Shown here: positions 1-9,106 of the stretch, one piece after another
Numbering within the stretch: the first letter of the stretch is position 1
Layout of the letters: each line of letters starts with the position of its first letter
NCBI GenBank assembly: GCA_016936975.1
Contig: JAFGWU010000036.1
Location: 14,838-78,837, forward strand
Length of the DNA stretch: 64,000 nt
Origin: Bacteroidales bacterium
GTDB taxonomy: Bacteria; Bacteroidota; Bacteroidia; Bacteroidales; GCA-2748055
Direction of reading: 5' to 3'
Made by a program: the position numbers and the translations under genes
Notes under the pieces: generated by a model
What the model saw: only the letters and a program-made list of their open reading frames with translations
Databases searched by the model: none
Told to the model about the DNA's origin: nothing

Positions 1-208
1 CCGGGGTGATGGGGTGATCGTGAAACAGGATTGCCCCTTCGTCGGGGGCGGTAATCTGGTTTATAATCCTGAGAAGGGTTGTTTTACCTGCACCGTTTGG
101 TCCGAGCAGTCCGTAGATACTTCCACGGGGCACTTCTATGGTAACATGATCCAGGGCCCTGTGACCCTGGAAGTCCTTAACAATACCTGTGGCATTAAGC
201 AAACTCAT
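1..208 (-). CDS. ABC transporter ATP-binding protein, N-terminal part (runs off the window)
   Basis: Reverse-strand translation from ATG (208-206) reads [51 protein letters not shown], with Walker A GPNGAGKT. Not in the ORF track because it is truncated by the window edge. Confidence 0.8.
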   Translation of the reverse strand, partial: MSLLNATGIVKDFQGHRALDHVTIEVPRGSIYGLLGPNGAGKTTLLRIINQITAPDEGAILFHDHPITP

Positions 209-218
209 AAGGTTTGGA

Positions 219-1385
219 TTATTGTTCAAAAAAGTTCTTCATCCGGCTGAAAAATCCTCCCTCAGATTTTCCGGGAGCAGGAGTAAAGTTATCGGAATGC
301 GACATCTTTTCAAATGTCTTTTGCTCTTCGCTGCTCAGATTTTTTGGTATCCAGACATTCGTATTGACCAGGAGATCCCCTCTGCCGTAACCATTGATAT
401 CAGGCACTCCCTTTCCCCGCAATCTGAGAATCTTACCGGGCTGGGTTCCCGGTTCTATTTTTATTTTTGCCTGACCGTCGACAGTTGGGATCTCTACGGT
501 ATCCCCCAAGACGGCCTGCGGAATACTCAGGTAGAGGTTAAATATCAAATCGTTGCCGTCCCGGATCAGTTCCGGATGTTTCTCCTCCTCAATGATGACC
601 AGGAGGTCGCCGTTAATCCCCCCGCGCCGGGCAGCATTCCCCTTGCCCGACATTTTAATCTGCATGCCTTCCTGCACCCCTGCGGGAATGTTGATTTTGA
701 CAATCTCATCCTGTTTAACGATGCCTTCTCCGTAACAGGCACTGCATTTCTCCTTGATGACCTGACCCTCACCCCGGCAATCCGGACAGGTCGAGGAGGT
801 TTGCATCTGACCCAGAAATGTATTGGTGACATGCGTAATGTGACCACTGCCGTGACAGGTTGGACATGTAATTTTTGAGGTGCCGTCCTTTGCCCCTGTT
901 CCGTGACAAACACTGCAGGCTACATATTTCTTGACCTTCAGCTTTTTTTCCACCCCGCTGGAGATCTCCTGCAGGTTCAGCTTAACCTTTACCCTGAGAT
1001 TGGATCCTTTATTTACCGTCCTTTGCCTCGAGGAGGTCCGTCCGCCAAAGCCGCCAAAGCCACCGAAACCGCCAAAATCTCCAAAACCGCCGAAAATATC
1101 TCCAAACTGTGCGAAAATGTCCTCAATGGTCATACCCCCACCACTGAATCCGCCAGAACCATCAAATGCAGAATGACCAAAACGATCATACTTGCTGCGT
1201 TTATCCGGGTTCGACAGAACCTCATAGGCTTCGGCAGCCAGCTTAAAGTTCTCCTCAGCCTCCTTGTCACCTGGATTTTTATCCGGATGGTATTTCAGAG
1301 CCTGTTTCCGGTAAGCTTTCTTTATCTCCTCCTGGGATGCATCGCGGGAAACACCCAATACCTCATAATAATCTTTTTTCGCCAT
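219..1385 (-). CDS. dnaJ: Molecular chaperone DnaJ
   Basis: J domain (KDYYEVLGV...HPDKNP), G/F-rich linker, four CxxCxGxG zinc-finger repeats, 388 aa. Confidence 0.97.
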   Translation of the reverse strand: MAKKDYYEVLGVSRDASQEEIKKAYRKQALKYHPDKNPGDKEAEENFKLAAEAYEVLSNPDKRSKYDRFGHSAFDGSGGFSGGGMTIEDIFAQFGDIFGGFGDFGGFGGFGGFGGRTSSRQRTVNKGSNLRVKVKLNLQEISSGVEKKLKVKKYVACSVCHGTGAKDGTSKITCPTCHGSGHITHVTNTFLGQMQTSSTCPDCRGEGQVIKEKCSACYGEGIVKQDEIVKINIPAGVQEGMQIKMSGKGNAARRGGINGDLLVIIEEEKHPELIRDGNDLIFNLYLSIPQAVLGDTVEIPTVDGQAKIKIEPGTQPGKILRLRGKGVPDINGYGRGDLLVNTNVWIPKNLSSEEQKTFEKMSHSDNFTPAPGKSEGGFFSRMKNFFEQ

Positions 1386-1400
1386 ATCACTCCTTTACAG

Positions 1401-1994
1401 TTATTCTCCGACTACCACCTTTGGAAACCTCATAACCTTATCATTCAGGTAGTAACCTTTTTGAACCACATCAACTACCTTGCCTTTAAGATTTTGCTCG
1501 GGAGCAGGAATTTTGGTAATAGCCTCATGGATGTCTGTATCAAATTCCGTGTGCAGTGCGTCTATTTCTTTAACACCCTCCTGCATGAGAAAGGATGTAA
1601 ATTTACCGTAGATCAGATGAATACCCTGTTTGACTGCTTCAATATCCTTCGCTTCATCAATCAACTGAATGGCCCTTTCAAAATCATCCATCACCGGCAG
1701 GATTTTTGAAAGCAGTTCTTCGTTGGATGTTTTTATCAGTTCGATTCGCTCTTTAAGGGTTCGTTTACGGTAATTGTCAAATTCAGCTGACAACCTCAGA
1801 TATTTATCCTGCAATTCTGCCAGCTTTTCTTTTTGATCAGCCTCTTTTTTCCCTTTTTTCTCCTCCTTAGATTCGGTTCCTTTTGACCTGCCATCCTTTT
1901 TATTCTTATCCTTAACCTCTTCAACTGCCTCCGCCTCACCTGGTTCGGTTCTGGCATCCTGTTGATTTTCAATTTCCTGATTTTTCTTATCCAT
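1401..1994 (-). CDS. grpE: Nucleotide exchange factor GrpE
   Basis: K/E-rich N-terminus followed by a GrpE core (YLRLSAEFDNYRKR...VLQKGY..ND.V.R...V.V). Lies immediately upstream of dnaJ. Confidence 0.95.
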   Translation of the reverse strand: MDKKNQEIENQQDARTEPGEAEAVEEVKDKNKKDGRSKGTESKEEKKGKKEADQKEKLAELQDKYLRLSAEFDNYRKRTLKERIELIKTSNEELLSKILPVMDDFERAIQLIDEAKDIEAVKQGIHLIYGKFTSFLMQEGVKEIDALHTEFDTDIHEAITKIPAPEQNLKGKVVDVVQKGYYLNDKVMRFPKVVVGE

Positions 1995-2109
1995 CTTTTT
2001 TCCAGTTTAATTCTTTTAAATGAACTGCTTATCCTTGTCAAATAGTCTGCCAAGAACATTATCCCGACAATATGGCAGACAATCAGCCTGTGATCAGGCA
2101 TTCCAATCC

Positions 2110-2823
2110 TCAATCTTCCACCGGCAGGATATCCTTAAACCGTTTGAACTCCCTGATACGTTTTTGTCTTTTCTTCAAAAAGATGAATAATCCTGTGAAG
2201 AGGAGGAGAGATCCTGCAATTACTATAATTTTCCAGAGCTGTCTTTCCGGGGATGACAGAAGAATGATTTCATGCCGTATCAGGTAGCCTGCAAAGACAT
2301 TGATAAAAACCTCCGGTATCAGTCCGAGTGCTGTTCCGAAGAAATAGGTGCCGGAGGATATTTTACTGACGGGAAAACTGAAGTTGATAATATTGGTTGG
2401 AACAATGTAAATGGCACGGCTGAATACAACAGGCCAGATGCCGGAGTTCCGGATTTGCTGATTGACCCTCCTGATCATTTTTCTGGAACCGTATTTCTCC
2501 CTGAAATATTCATGAAAGGCAAACCGGACCATGAAAAAGGTTGCCATCACAGATAAAAGACTTGCTGACCAGGAGATCAGGAGGGCCGGAAGGAGCGGCA
2601 ACAGAAATCCATAGGCCATTCCAAAATAAAAAACCGGCAATCCCGCAAGTGTACTCAGGAGGTTAAGGGCCAGCAGAAGAAGAACCAGTTGCAGCAGGTT
2701 CTGCCCGTAATTTTCTATTTTTTCGAAAAGAAGAATTTCAGGATTTTTCCCGGTAGTGAGTATGATAAAAACCGATACTGTCAGCACAATGAAGGCAATG
2801 ATGATGATACGGAGTGCTTTCAT
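2110..2823 (-). CDS. TVP38/TMEM64 (DedA-related) family membrane protein
   Basis: 237 aa with multiple hydrophobic spans and the family-typical segment FFGTALGLIPEVFINVFAGY. Confidence 0.7.
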   Translation of the reverse strand: MKALRIIIIAFIVLTVSVFIILTTGKNPEILLFEKIENYGQNLLQLVLLLLALNLLSTLAGLPVFYFGMAYGFLLPLLPALLISWSASLLSVMATFFMVRFAFHEYFREKYGSRKMIRRVNQQIRNSGIWPVVFSRAIYIVPTNIINFSFPVSKISSGTYFFGTALGLIPEVFINVFAGYLIRHEIILLSSPERQLWKIIVIAGSLLLFTGLFIFLKKRQKRIREFKRFKDILPVED

Positions 2824-2830
2824 GTATCAA

Positions 2831-4309
2831 TCAGTAATTTCCCGTACCCCTGAAGAGATATAACCATCCTGTGTGGAGCCCCGAGGTGTTGTTTTTGGGT
2901 TCTCCCTGGTTTGAACCCCCTGGATTGTTATCGTCATCGGTCTTAATCTTTCTTTTCTCCAGGATATTGGGATCACGGTATTCAATTCCGTCATAACCCA
3001 GGGCCTCAATGATGAAATAGTACTGTCCTTCGGGTGCTTTTCTGTCGGTTCCCTTAATGGAACCATCCCAGCCCTCCCAGGAATATATATTGTCGGTTTG
3101 CATTCTGTAAACCACTTTGCCGAACCGGTCTACAATAGTGAGTTTACACGACTTTAAGGATTGGTGCTTGAATATGAATATATCGTTGGTCCCATCGTTA
3201 TTCGGACTGAATACATTTGGAATACTGAGCTGGGAAGGGACAATATGAATGGCCTCCTCAATATGGAAAGTATCTCTGCACTCATCAAAATTCAGTTCGT
3301 TTCTGTGTATGGAAACCAGGTAGGGATAATAGTACCTGTCAGCATCCATGTAAGTATGTTCCGGCTGGGTTTCCAGGTCATAGGTGAACTCATTCTGTTT
3401 TATGCCGCCCAGGGTATCCAGGTAAACCCATTCAAAATAATCCCCGTTTACGGATTTGTTAATGAATCTGACGGTCAGCGGTGCATCGAGGCTCCCGGTT
3501 TCGAGGCTCCAGCTCTCAGTGAGTCCGGAGTCATAAATATCATTTATTTTATCATAATACTCGACGGTAAACTCAGCTTTTGTGTGGATGGACTCATACA
3601 GTACTGAATCCACATCGGTCATGCCAAGGTCGTCATAACCGGTAAGGATATACCATGTATCGATAACGGGTGGCGATTCGGTATAATTATAATCAAGAAA
3701 AATTGTATCACCCGGAATAAATAAATCAGGATTGTCGGAGGTCCACCTGAAATGGTAGTCGTTTTCCAGAAGGATCGTGTCATGGGAAAGCGGATCATAA
3801 TAGTAGAAACTGTCAATATTGACGAAGCCTGTGAGAACCAGGAAATCACAGGTATACTTATAGGGTTCAACCTTGTTGTCATCTGTTTTCTCTGTCTCAA
3901 CCGAGAAACGGTTCAGCATCACCCATGCCAGGAATGAAGTGTCGGTATCGGTTCCGTTCCAGATTCTTACACGGTATCCCCCTTCACTGAGTTCTTCGAG
4001 GGTAGAGGTCTCTGTAATGGTTTCCGAAAAATAGGGGACGAATGAATGGGTGGAAGGATCATAAACGCTCCACTCAAAGTTGTAGGTTCCGGATAAAGGA
4101 AGCCCGGCGGTCAGGGATCCCGGATGGTATTCACCATTAACCTGGTAAAAAACAAAAAGATTGCTTTCACCGGGAAATTCCGGATATTGAAGGGACTCTA
4201 TGTGATTCGCTTCCGGGGAAGAGATCTGGCACCACAATGAAGTTGTTAGCAGGAAACCTGCCACGACCACCAGGAACAGCCGGGGATGATATGGAAATAT
4301 GATCTTCAA
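2831..4309 (-). CDS. Secreted protein with T9SS type-B (gliding-motility-associated) C-terminal sorting domain
   Basis: N-terminal signal peptide. The C-terminus reads IPNVFSPNNDGTNDIFIF...WEGWDGS...PEGQYYFII...GWLYLFR, matching the type-B CTD pattern. Confidence 0.8.
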   Translation of the reverse strand: MKIIFPYHPRLFLVVVAGFLLTTSLWCQISSPEANHIESLQYPEFPGESNLFVFYQVNGEYHPGSLTAGLPLSGTYNFEWSVYDPSTHSFVPYFSETITETSTLEELSEGGYRVRIWNGTDTDTSFLAWVMLNRFSVETEKTDDNKVEPYKYTCDFLVLTGFVNIDSFYYYDPLSHDTILLENDYHFRWTSDNPDLFIPGDTIFLDYNYTESPPVIDTWYILTGYDDLGMTDVDSVLYESIHTKAEFTVEYYDKINDIYDSGLTESWSLETGSLDAPLTVRFINKSVNGDYFEWVYLDTLGGIKQNEFTYDLETQPEHTYMDADRYYYPYLVSIHRNELNFDECRDTFHIEEAIHIVPSQLSIPNVFSPNNDGTNDIFIFKHQSLKSCKLTIVDRFGKVVYRMQTDNIYSWEGWDGSIKGTDRKAPEGQYYFIIEALGYDGIEYRDPNILEKRKIKTDDDNNPGGSNQGEPKNNTSGLHTGWLYLFRGTGNY

Positions 4310-4656
4310 ATCGGGATGTTCTTATCTTTAACTAACGCATGAACTATAATAATTATTAGCCTCGGGAATCGACAAATTTTAAAATAATTTCTTAACCATT
4401 TCATTTCTCCCGGATAAAAAAAACGAAACAGGTTTCATAGTGCAAAGGTTGTTATTGTACCGAACTTCTGTTCAATCGGGTCAACAAAATTGCCATTTTT
4501 TGGATTAATCTGCAATTATTCTGTTAAATGTGTCGATAAACAGGTGTCCCGTCACATTAACAGGATATGGCTTATACGACTTTTTCATTAGCGGAAGAAA
4601 TCGTTGACCGTTGAAAAAAAGAGAGCGATTTAAAGGGAAACTCCAGCCCGGAATCG

Positions 4657-4664
4657 TATTTTTG
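4657..4664 (+). promoter_or_regulatory. Candidate Bacteroidota sigma-A -7 box (TAttTTTG) for the helicase gene
   Basis: Exact TAnnTTTG match, with 22 nt between the box and the TTG start at 4687. Confidence 0.4.
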
Positions 4665-4686
4665 GTTCTCCTAAAAACAGATAAGC

Positions 4687-6978
4687 TTGGAAGCGATTAA
4701 AAAGGATTTGAATAAGGCACAGCAGGAGGCAGTATTGAATTATTCAGGTCCGGCCCTTGTTATTGCAGGGGCTGGTTCCGGGAAGACCAGGGTGCTTACC
4801 TACAGAATTGCCTATCTGTTACATAAAGGATTTGCTCCTCAGAAAATTATAGCCCTCACCTTTACCAATAAGGCGGCCAATGAAATGAAGGGACGAATTG
4901 CACAGCTTGTTTCCCCTAACCTGGCAAAGCGATTATGGATGGGGACTTTCCATTCCATCTTTGCGAGGATTTTACGCAATGAAGCTGGAATCCTGGGCTT
5001 TCCGAACAATTATACCATTTACGATACGATTGACTCAAAAAGCCTGGTTAAAACAATTATCCGGGAGTTAAACCTGGATGACAGGATTTACAAACCTTCC
5101 GAGGTTTTCGGCAGGATATCTTCAGCGAAAAATAATCTGATAACCCCCGATGTATATACAAACAGTCAGGAGATACAGGCCAAGGATCAATTTTCGAGAA
5201 GGCCTCAGCTGGGGGAAATATACCGGCGGTATGTCGTACGTTGCAAGCAATACGGGGCAATGGACTTTGACGATCTTTTGCTGAATACAAATTTATTGTT
5301 CCGGGACCATCCGGATATACTTGAAAAGTATCGAAATGCCTTTGATTTTATACTGGTGGATGAGTACCAGGATACCAATTATTCACAATACCTGATTGTT
5401 AAAAAGCTTGCAGAGCTCCACAAGAACATATGCGTTGTCGGGGATGATGCCCAGAGTATTTACTCCTTCAGGGGAGCCCGGATTGAAAATATCCTGAATT
5501 TCAAGAACGACTATCCTGATTACAGACTCTTCAAGCTGGAGCAGAACTATCGTTCCACCAGAAATATTGTCGGTGCGGCGAACAGCGTCATCTCGAAAAA
5601 CAGGGAACAAATCTCCAAGTCAGTATTTTCCAAAAATGAAACCGGTGAGAAAATTTTAGTGGTGAAGGCACAGGATGACAGGGAAGAGGGATTCATGGTT
5701 GCGAAATATATTGCGGACCTCCGGTTCAGGGATCAGCTGGAATACAGGAACTTTGCCGTACTTTACAGGACCAATGCCCAGTCGAGGATATTCGAGGAAT
5801 CGATGAGAAGGATGAATATTCCCTATAAAGTCTATGGGTCGCTCTCCTTTTATCAGCGCAAGGAGATAAAGGACCTGCTGGCATACTTCAGGCTGACAGT
5901 CAATCCCAGGGATGATGAAAGCTTGCGGCGAATTATAAACTATCCCTTGCGGGGTATCGGAAAGACCACGGTTGACAGGATTACTGTGCTGGCTGATAAA
6001 CTGAATGTAACCATGTGGGATGTGCTGTTGCATCTTGAACAGATCAATCCGGGATTTAATGCCGGAACAGTCAGGAAGTTGATGGATTTTACATCGATGT
6101 TACTGAATTTTCAGAGTAAACTGATGCATATGGAAGCCTTTGACCTGGCCTATGAAATTACGCGTGATTCAGGAATCCTTGATGAATTGAGGTCGGATGG
6201 CACTCCGGAAAACATCAGCAGGTATGAGAATGTTGAAGAGCTTCTGAACGGGATCAAGGACTTCACCGATAATTATGAGGGAGAGGGAGAAATGACTCTT
6301 TCAGAATACCTGCAGAATGTGACGTTGATGACCGATGCAGATAATGAATCCGAAGATGACATTAACAAGGTAAGCATCATGACGGTCCACTCAGCGAAAG
6401 GGCTGGAATTCAGAAATGTTATCATTGCGGGCATGGAGGAGGAGCTGTTCCCATCTAATATGAATATTGATAATCCAAAAGACCTGGAGGAAGAACGCAG
6501 GCTTTTTTATGTGGCCCTCACCCGTGCGGAAAAAAGTGCCCTAATTACCTACGCAGCCAGTCGCTACAGATGGGGGCTTCAGACCAGTTGTTCCCCAAGC
6601 CGGTTTATTAACGAGATCGATCCCGGTTATCTAATCCTGCCGCCCGACTTTTACCCGGTTCAGGATAAATGGAGAGACCGGGATACAGATATTGATGCAT
6701 TCACTTCCTTAAGAAAGAGGGTTCAACCGGCTGTATCCGTCACTAAACCTGTGCAGGACGGGAAGAGACCTGTAAATATGGCTTCATCCGATCCCGGTTT
6801 CAGGCAATCTTCCCTGGAAGAAATTAGGGAAGGCATGAAGGTGGAGCATCCACGGTTCGGAATCGGGATCGTCGAGAAACTCGAGGGCAGTCTGCCCAAT
6901 ACAAAGGCAACAGTTGGTTTTCCTGCCGGCAGAAAACAGTTATTGCTGAAATTTGCAAAACTACGTGTCGTTCGATAG
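4687..6978 (+). CDS. ATP-dependent DNA helicase, UvrD/PcrA/Rep family
   Basis: SF1 motifs AGAGSGKTRVLT, DEYQDTN, VGDDAQSIYSFRGA, QNYRST and TVHSAKGLEF. 763 aa with a TTG start. Confidence 0.93.
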   Translation: MEAIKKDLNKAQQEAVLNYSGPALVIAGAGSGKTRVLTYRIAYLLHKGFAPQKIIALTFTNKAANEMKGRIAQLVSPNLAKRLWMGTFHSIFARILRNEAGILGFPNNYTIYDTIDSKSLVKTIIRELNLDDRIYKPSEVFGRISSAKNNLITPDVYTNSQEIQAKDQFSRRPQLGEIYRRYVVRCKQYGAMDFDDLLLNTNLLFRDHPDILEKYRNAFDFILVDEYQDTNYSQYLIVKKLAELHKNICVVGDDAQSIYSFRGARIENILNFKNDYPDYRLFKLEQNYRSTRNIVGAANSVISKNREQISKSVFSKNETGEKILVVKAQDDREEGFMVAKYIADLRFRDQLEYRNFAVLYRTNAQSRIFEESMRRMNIPYKVYGSLSFYQRKEIKDLLAYFRLTVNPRDDESLRRIINYPLRGIGKTTVDRITVLADKLNVTMWDVLLHLEQINPGFNAGTVRKLMDFTSMLLNFQSKLMHMEAFDLAYEITRDSGILDELRSDGTPENISRYENVEELLNGIKDFTDNYEGEGEMTLSEYLQNVTLMTDADNESEDDINKVSIMTVHSAKGLEFRNVIIAGMEEELFPSNMNIDNPKDLEEERRLFYVALTRAEKSALITYAASRYRWGLQTSCSPSRFINEIDPGYLILPPDFYPVQDKWRDRDTDIDAFTSLRKRVQPAVSVTKPVQDGKRPVNMASSDPGFRQSSLEEIREGMKVEHPRFGIGIVEKLEGSLPNTKATVGFPAGRKQLLLKFAKLRVVR

Positions 6979-7079
6979 GGATCAGATTAATAAGCTCTTT
7001 TTGCAGGCTGGCTTTGATGCACGGATTTGAGGAACCCGCCGGAATCGGACTGTAATTTGCAGCCTTCCTTTATTTGAAT

Positions 7080-7087
7080 TAGATTTG
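7080..7087 (+). promoter_or_regulatory. Candidate -7 box (TAgaTTTG) for DUF4290-murA
   Basis: Exact TAnnTTTG match, 14 nt before the ATG at 7102. Confidence 0.4.
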
Positions 7088-7101
7088 TAAAAAATTATTT
7101 T

Positions 7102-7701
7102 ATGACCTACGATTATAATACCAGCAGGGAAAGGCTTATCATGCCTGAATACGGAAGGAATATCCAGAAGATGGTGAATCATATTCTTACCATTGAAGAC
7201 AGGGAAGAACGGAATCGTGCCGCGAATACACTCATCTCCATAATGGGAAACCTGAATCCCCATCTCAGGGACATCAATGACTTTAAGCATAAGTTATGGG
7301 ATCACCTGGCCATGATATCAGATTTCAGGATGGATATCGACTATCCCTATACTCCCCCGGAGAGACAAATTCTGGTTGAGAAACCAAAATCTATTCCTTA
7401 TCACCAGCATTCCATAAAGTATAAACATTATGGCCACTCCATAGTGATGATGATCGAAAAGGCGATCGAAATGGAGCCAGGCGAAGAGAAGGAAGATTTG
7501 GTCAAAATGATAGCAAACCACATGAAAAAGTCTTACCTGACATGGAACAGGGAAGCGGTGAGTGATGAAGAAATCCTGATCGATCTTAAAACGCTTTCGC
7601 GGGGAAAACTGGAAATTTCTGATGATTTGAAATTGTCCGAGACCCATGAAATTCTGGCAAAAAACCGAAAAAAGAAAGTCAGCGGAAAAAAGAAACAGTA
7701 A
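7102..7701 (+). CDS. DUF4290-family protein
   Basis: 199 aa beginning YDYNTSRERLIMPEYGRNIQKMV. I recognise this as the DUF4290 family, which sits next to murA in Bacteroidota. Confidence 0.7.
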   Translation: MTYDYNTSRERLIMPEYGRNIQKMVNHILTIEDREERNRAANTLISIMGNLNPHLRDINDFKHKLWDHLAMISDFRMDIDYPYTPPERQILVEKPKSIPYHQHSIKYKHYGHSIVMMIEKAIEMEPGEEKEDLVKMIANHMKKSYLTWNREAVSDEEILIDLKTLSRGKLEISDDLKLSETHEILAKNRKKKVSGKKKQ

Positions 7702-7710
7702 TCTTTTCTT

Positions 7711-9015
7711 ATGGGGAAGTTCATCATAGAGGGGGGACATAGCCTGCAGGGAGAGATCCATCCGCAGGGGGCAAAAAATGAAGTGCTTCAAATATTATGT
7801 GCAACACTCCTGACGGCTGAAGAGATTGTCCTACATAATATCCCCCGTATCCGGGATGCCCTGAAGATGATTGAACTGCTTTCTGACCTTGGGGTCAGAG
7901 TTGACCGGTTGGACGATCACGCCTATTCATTCCGGGCATCGGATATAAACCTCGATTATCTTACATCGGATGACTTCAGGGAGAAATCGACAGCCCTCAG
8001 GGGTTCGGTCATGATTGTTGGACCCCTGCTGGGGCGGTTCGGTAAAGCGGTTGTCCCCAAACCGGGGGGAGACAGAATCGGAAGAAGAAGGCTGGATACA
8101 CACTTCCTGGGATTTCAAAAACTCGGAGCCAGGTTTGATTATGATGCCAGGCAGGGTTATTATTGTGTGAAAAGCACCGGGTTGAAAGGAGCCTACATGC
8201 TTCTTGACGAGGCATCTGTAACCGGTACGGCCAACATTATCATGGCGGCGGTCCTGGCCACCGGCATAACAACCATTTATAATGCAGCCTGTGAACCCTA
8301 TATCCAGCAACTTTGCAAAATGCTGGTCAGAATGGGTGCAAGAATCTCAGGGATCGGATCAAATTTATTGACTATTGAGGGAGTGGAAAGTTTGTCGGGA
8401 ACCACACATTCCATTCTGCCCGACATGATTGAGGTGGGAAGCTTCATCGGTATGGCCGCGATGACACAATCGGAATTGACTGTCAAGAATGTGGCTTATG
8501 ATCAATTGGGAATTATTCCGGATTCCTTTCAGCGGCTCGGTATTCACCTGGAGCGTGAGAATGACGATTTAAGAATACTCCCCGCTGAGCATTATGAGAT
8601 TGAGACCTTTATTGACGGGGCGATTATGACCATTGCCGATGCTCCGTGGCCCGGTCTGACGCCCGATCTGCTGAGTGTTATTCTTGTGACCGCCACACAG
8701 GCGAAGGGCAGTGTCCTGATCCATCAAAAGATGTTTGAGAGCCGGCTGTTTTTTGTGGATAAACTGATAGACATGGGTGCTCAGATTATACTCTGTGACC
8801 CGCACCGCGCAACGGTTATCGGTCTGGATAACAAAATACGCCTCAGGGCGACCACTATGTCCTCTCCTGACATAAGAGCCGGAGTGGCGCTTCTTATTGC
8901 AGCCATGTCGGCGGATGGGACCAGTGTCATTCAGAATATCGAACAGATAGATCGGGGTTATGAGAATATCGATGTGCGCCTGAATAATTTGGGAGCATCA
9001 ATATTGCGCGGATAA
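7711..9015 (+). CDS. murA: UDP-N-acetylglucosamine 1-carboxyvinyltransferase
   Basis: 434 aa with EPSP-synthase/MurA fold motifs (GAKNEVLQILCATLL, GGDRIGRRRLDTHF, IEQIDRGYE). Confidence 0.95.
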   Translation: MGKFIIEGGHSLQGEIHPQGAKNEVLQILCATLLTAEEIVLHNIPRIRDALKMIELLSDLGVRVDRLDDHAYSFRASDINLDYLTSDDFREKSTALRGSVMIVGPLLGRFGKAVVPKPGGDRIGRRRLDTHFLGFQKLGARFDYDARQGYYCVKSTGLKGAYMLLDEASVTGTANIIMAAVLATGITTIYNAACEPYIQQLCKMLVRMGARISGIGSNLLTIEGVESLSGTTHSILPDMIEVGSFIGMAAMTQSELTVKNVAYDQLGIIPDSFQRLGIHLERENDDLRILPAEHYEIETFIDGAIMTIADAPWPGLTPDLLSVILVTATQAKGSVLIHQKMFESRLFFVDKLIDMGAQIILCDPHRATVIGLDNKIRLRATTMSSPDIRAGVALLIAAMSADGTSVIQNIEQIDRGYENIDVRLNNLGASILRG

Positions 9016-9106
9016 ATCGCTGCAAAATCTGTCTGCCCGAATAGCGGAATCTCAGGAATAAAATGGTTTAGACACAGGCACGTCTGCGTTCTTCAGCCTG
9101 AAGATA

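Noticed and set aside
14-878. Plus-strand ORFs 14-250 and 189-878 (78 and 229 aa)
   Set aside because: They are antisense shadows of the ABC ATPase N-terminus and dnaJ, both of which have unmistakable motifs on the minus strand. The plus-strand translations have no recognisable features.
1021-1110. Short tandem-looking DNA repeats (gccgccaaa / accgccaaa units)
   Set aside because: They encode the [13 protein letters not shown] glycine/phenylalanine linker of DnaJ on the opposite strand. This is not a CRISPR or satellite repeat.
903-1709. 268-aa plus-strand ORF spanning the dnaJ/grpE junction
   Set aside because: It runs antisense across two well-supported chaperone genes and their intergenic gap. 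The sequence is low-complexity (PPKPPKPPK) and mirrors the G/F linker of DnaJ.
219-1994. grpE-dnaJ operon without dnaK
   Set aside because: dnaK is commonly unlinked in Bacteroidota. I saw no CIRCE or other heat-shock operator upstream of grpE, so there is nothing to report.
9016-9106. Possible bidirectional terminator between the convergent murA and EF-G paralog genes (CTTCAGCCTGAAG)
   Set aside because: It offers only a 5-bp stem with a 3-nt loop and no flanking T/A tracts, which is too weak to call.
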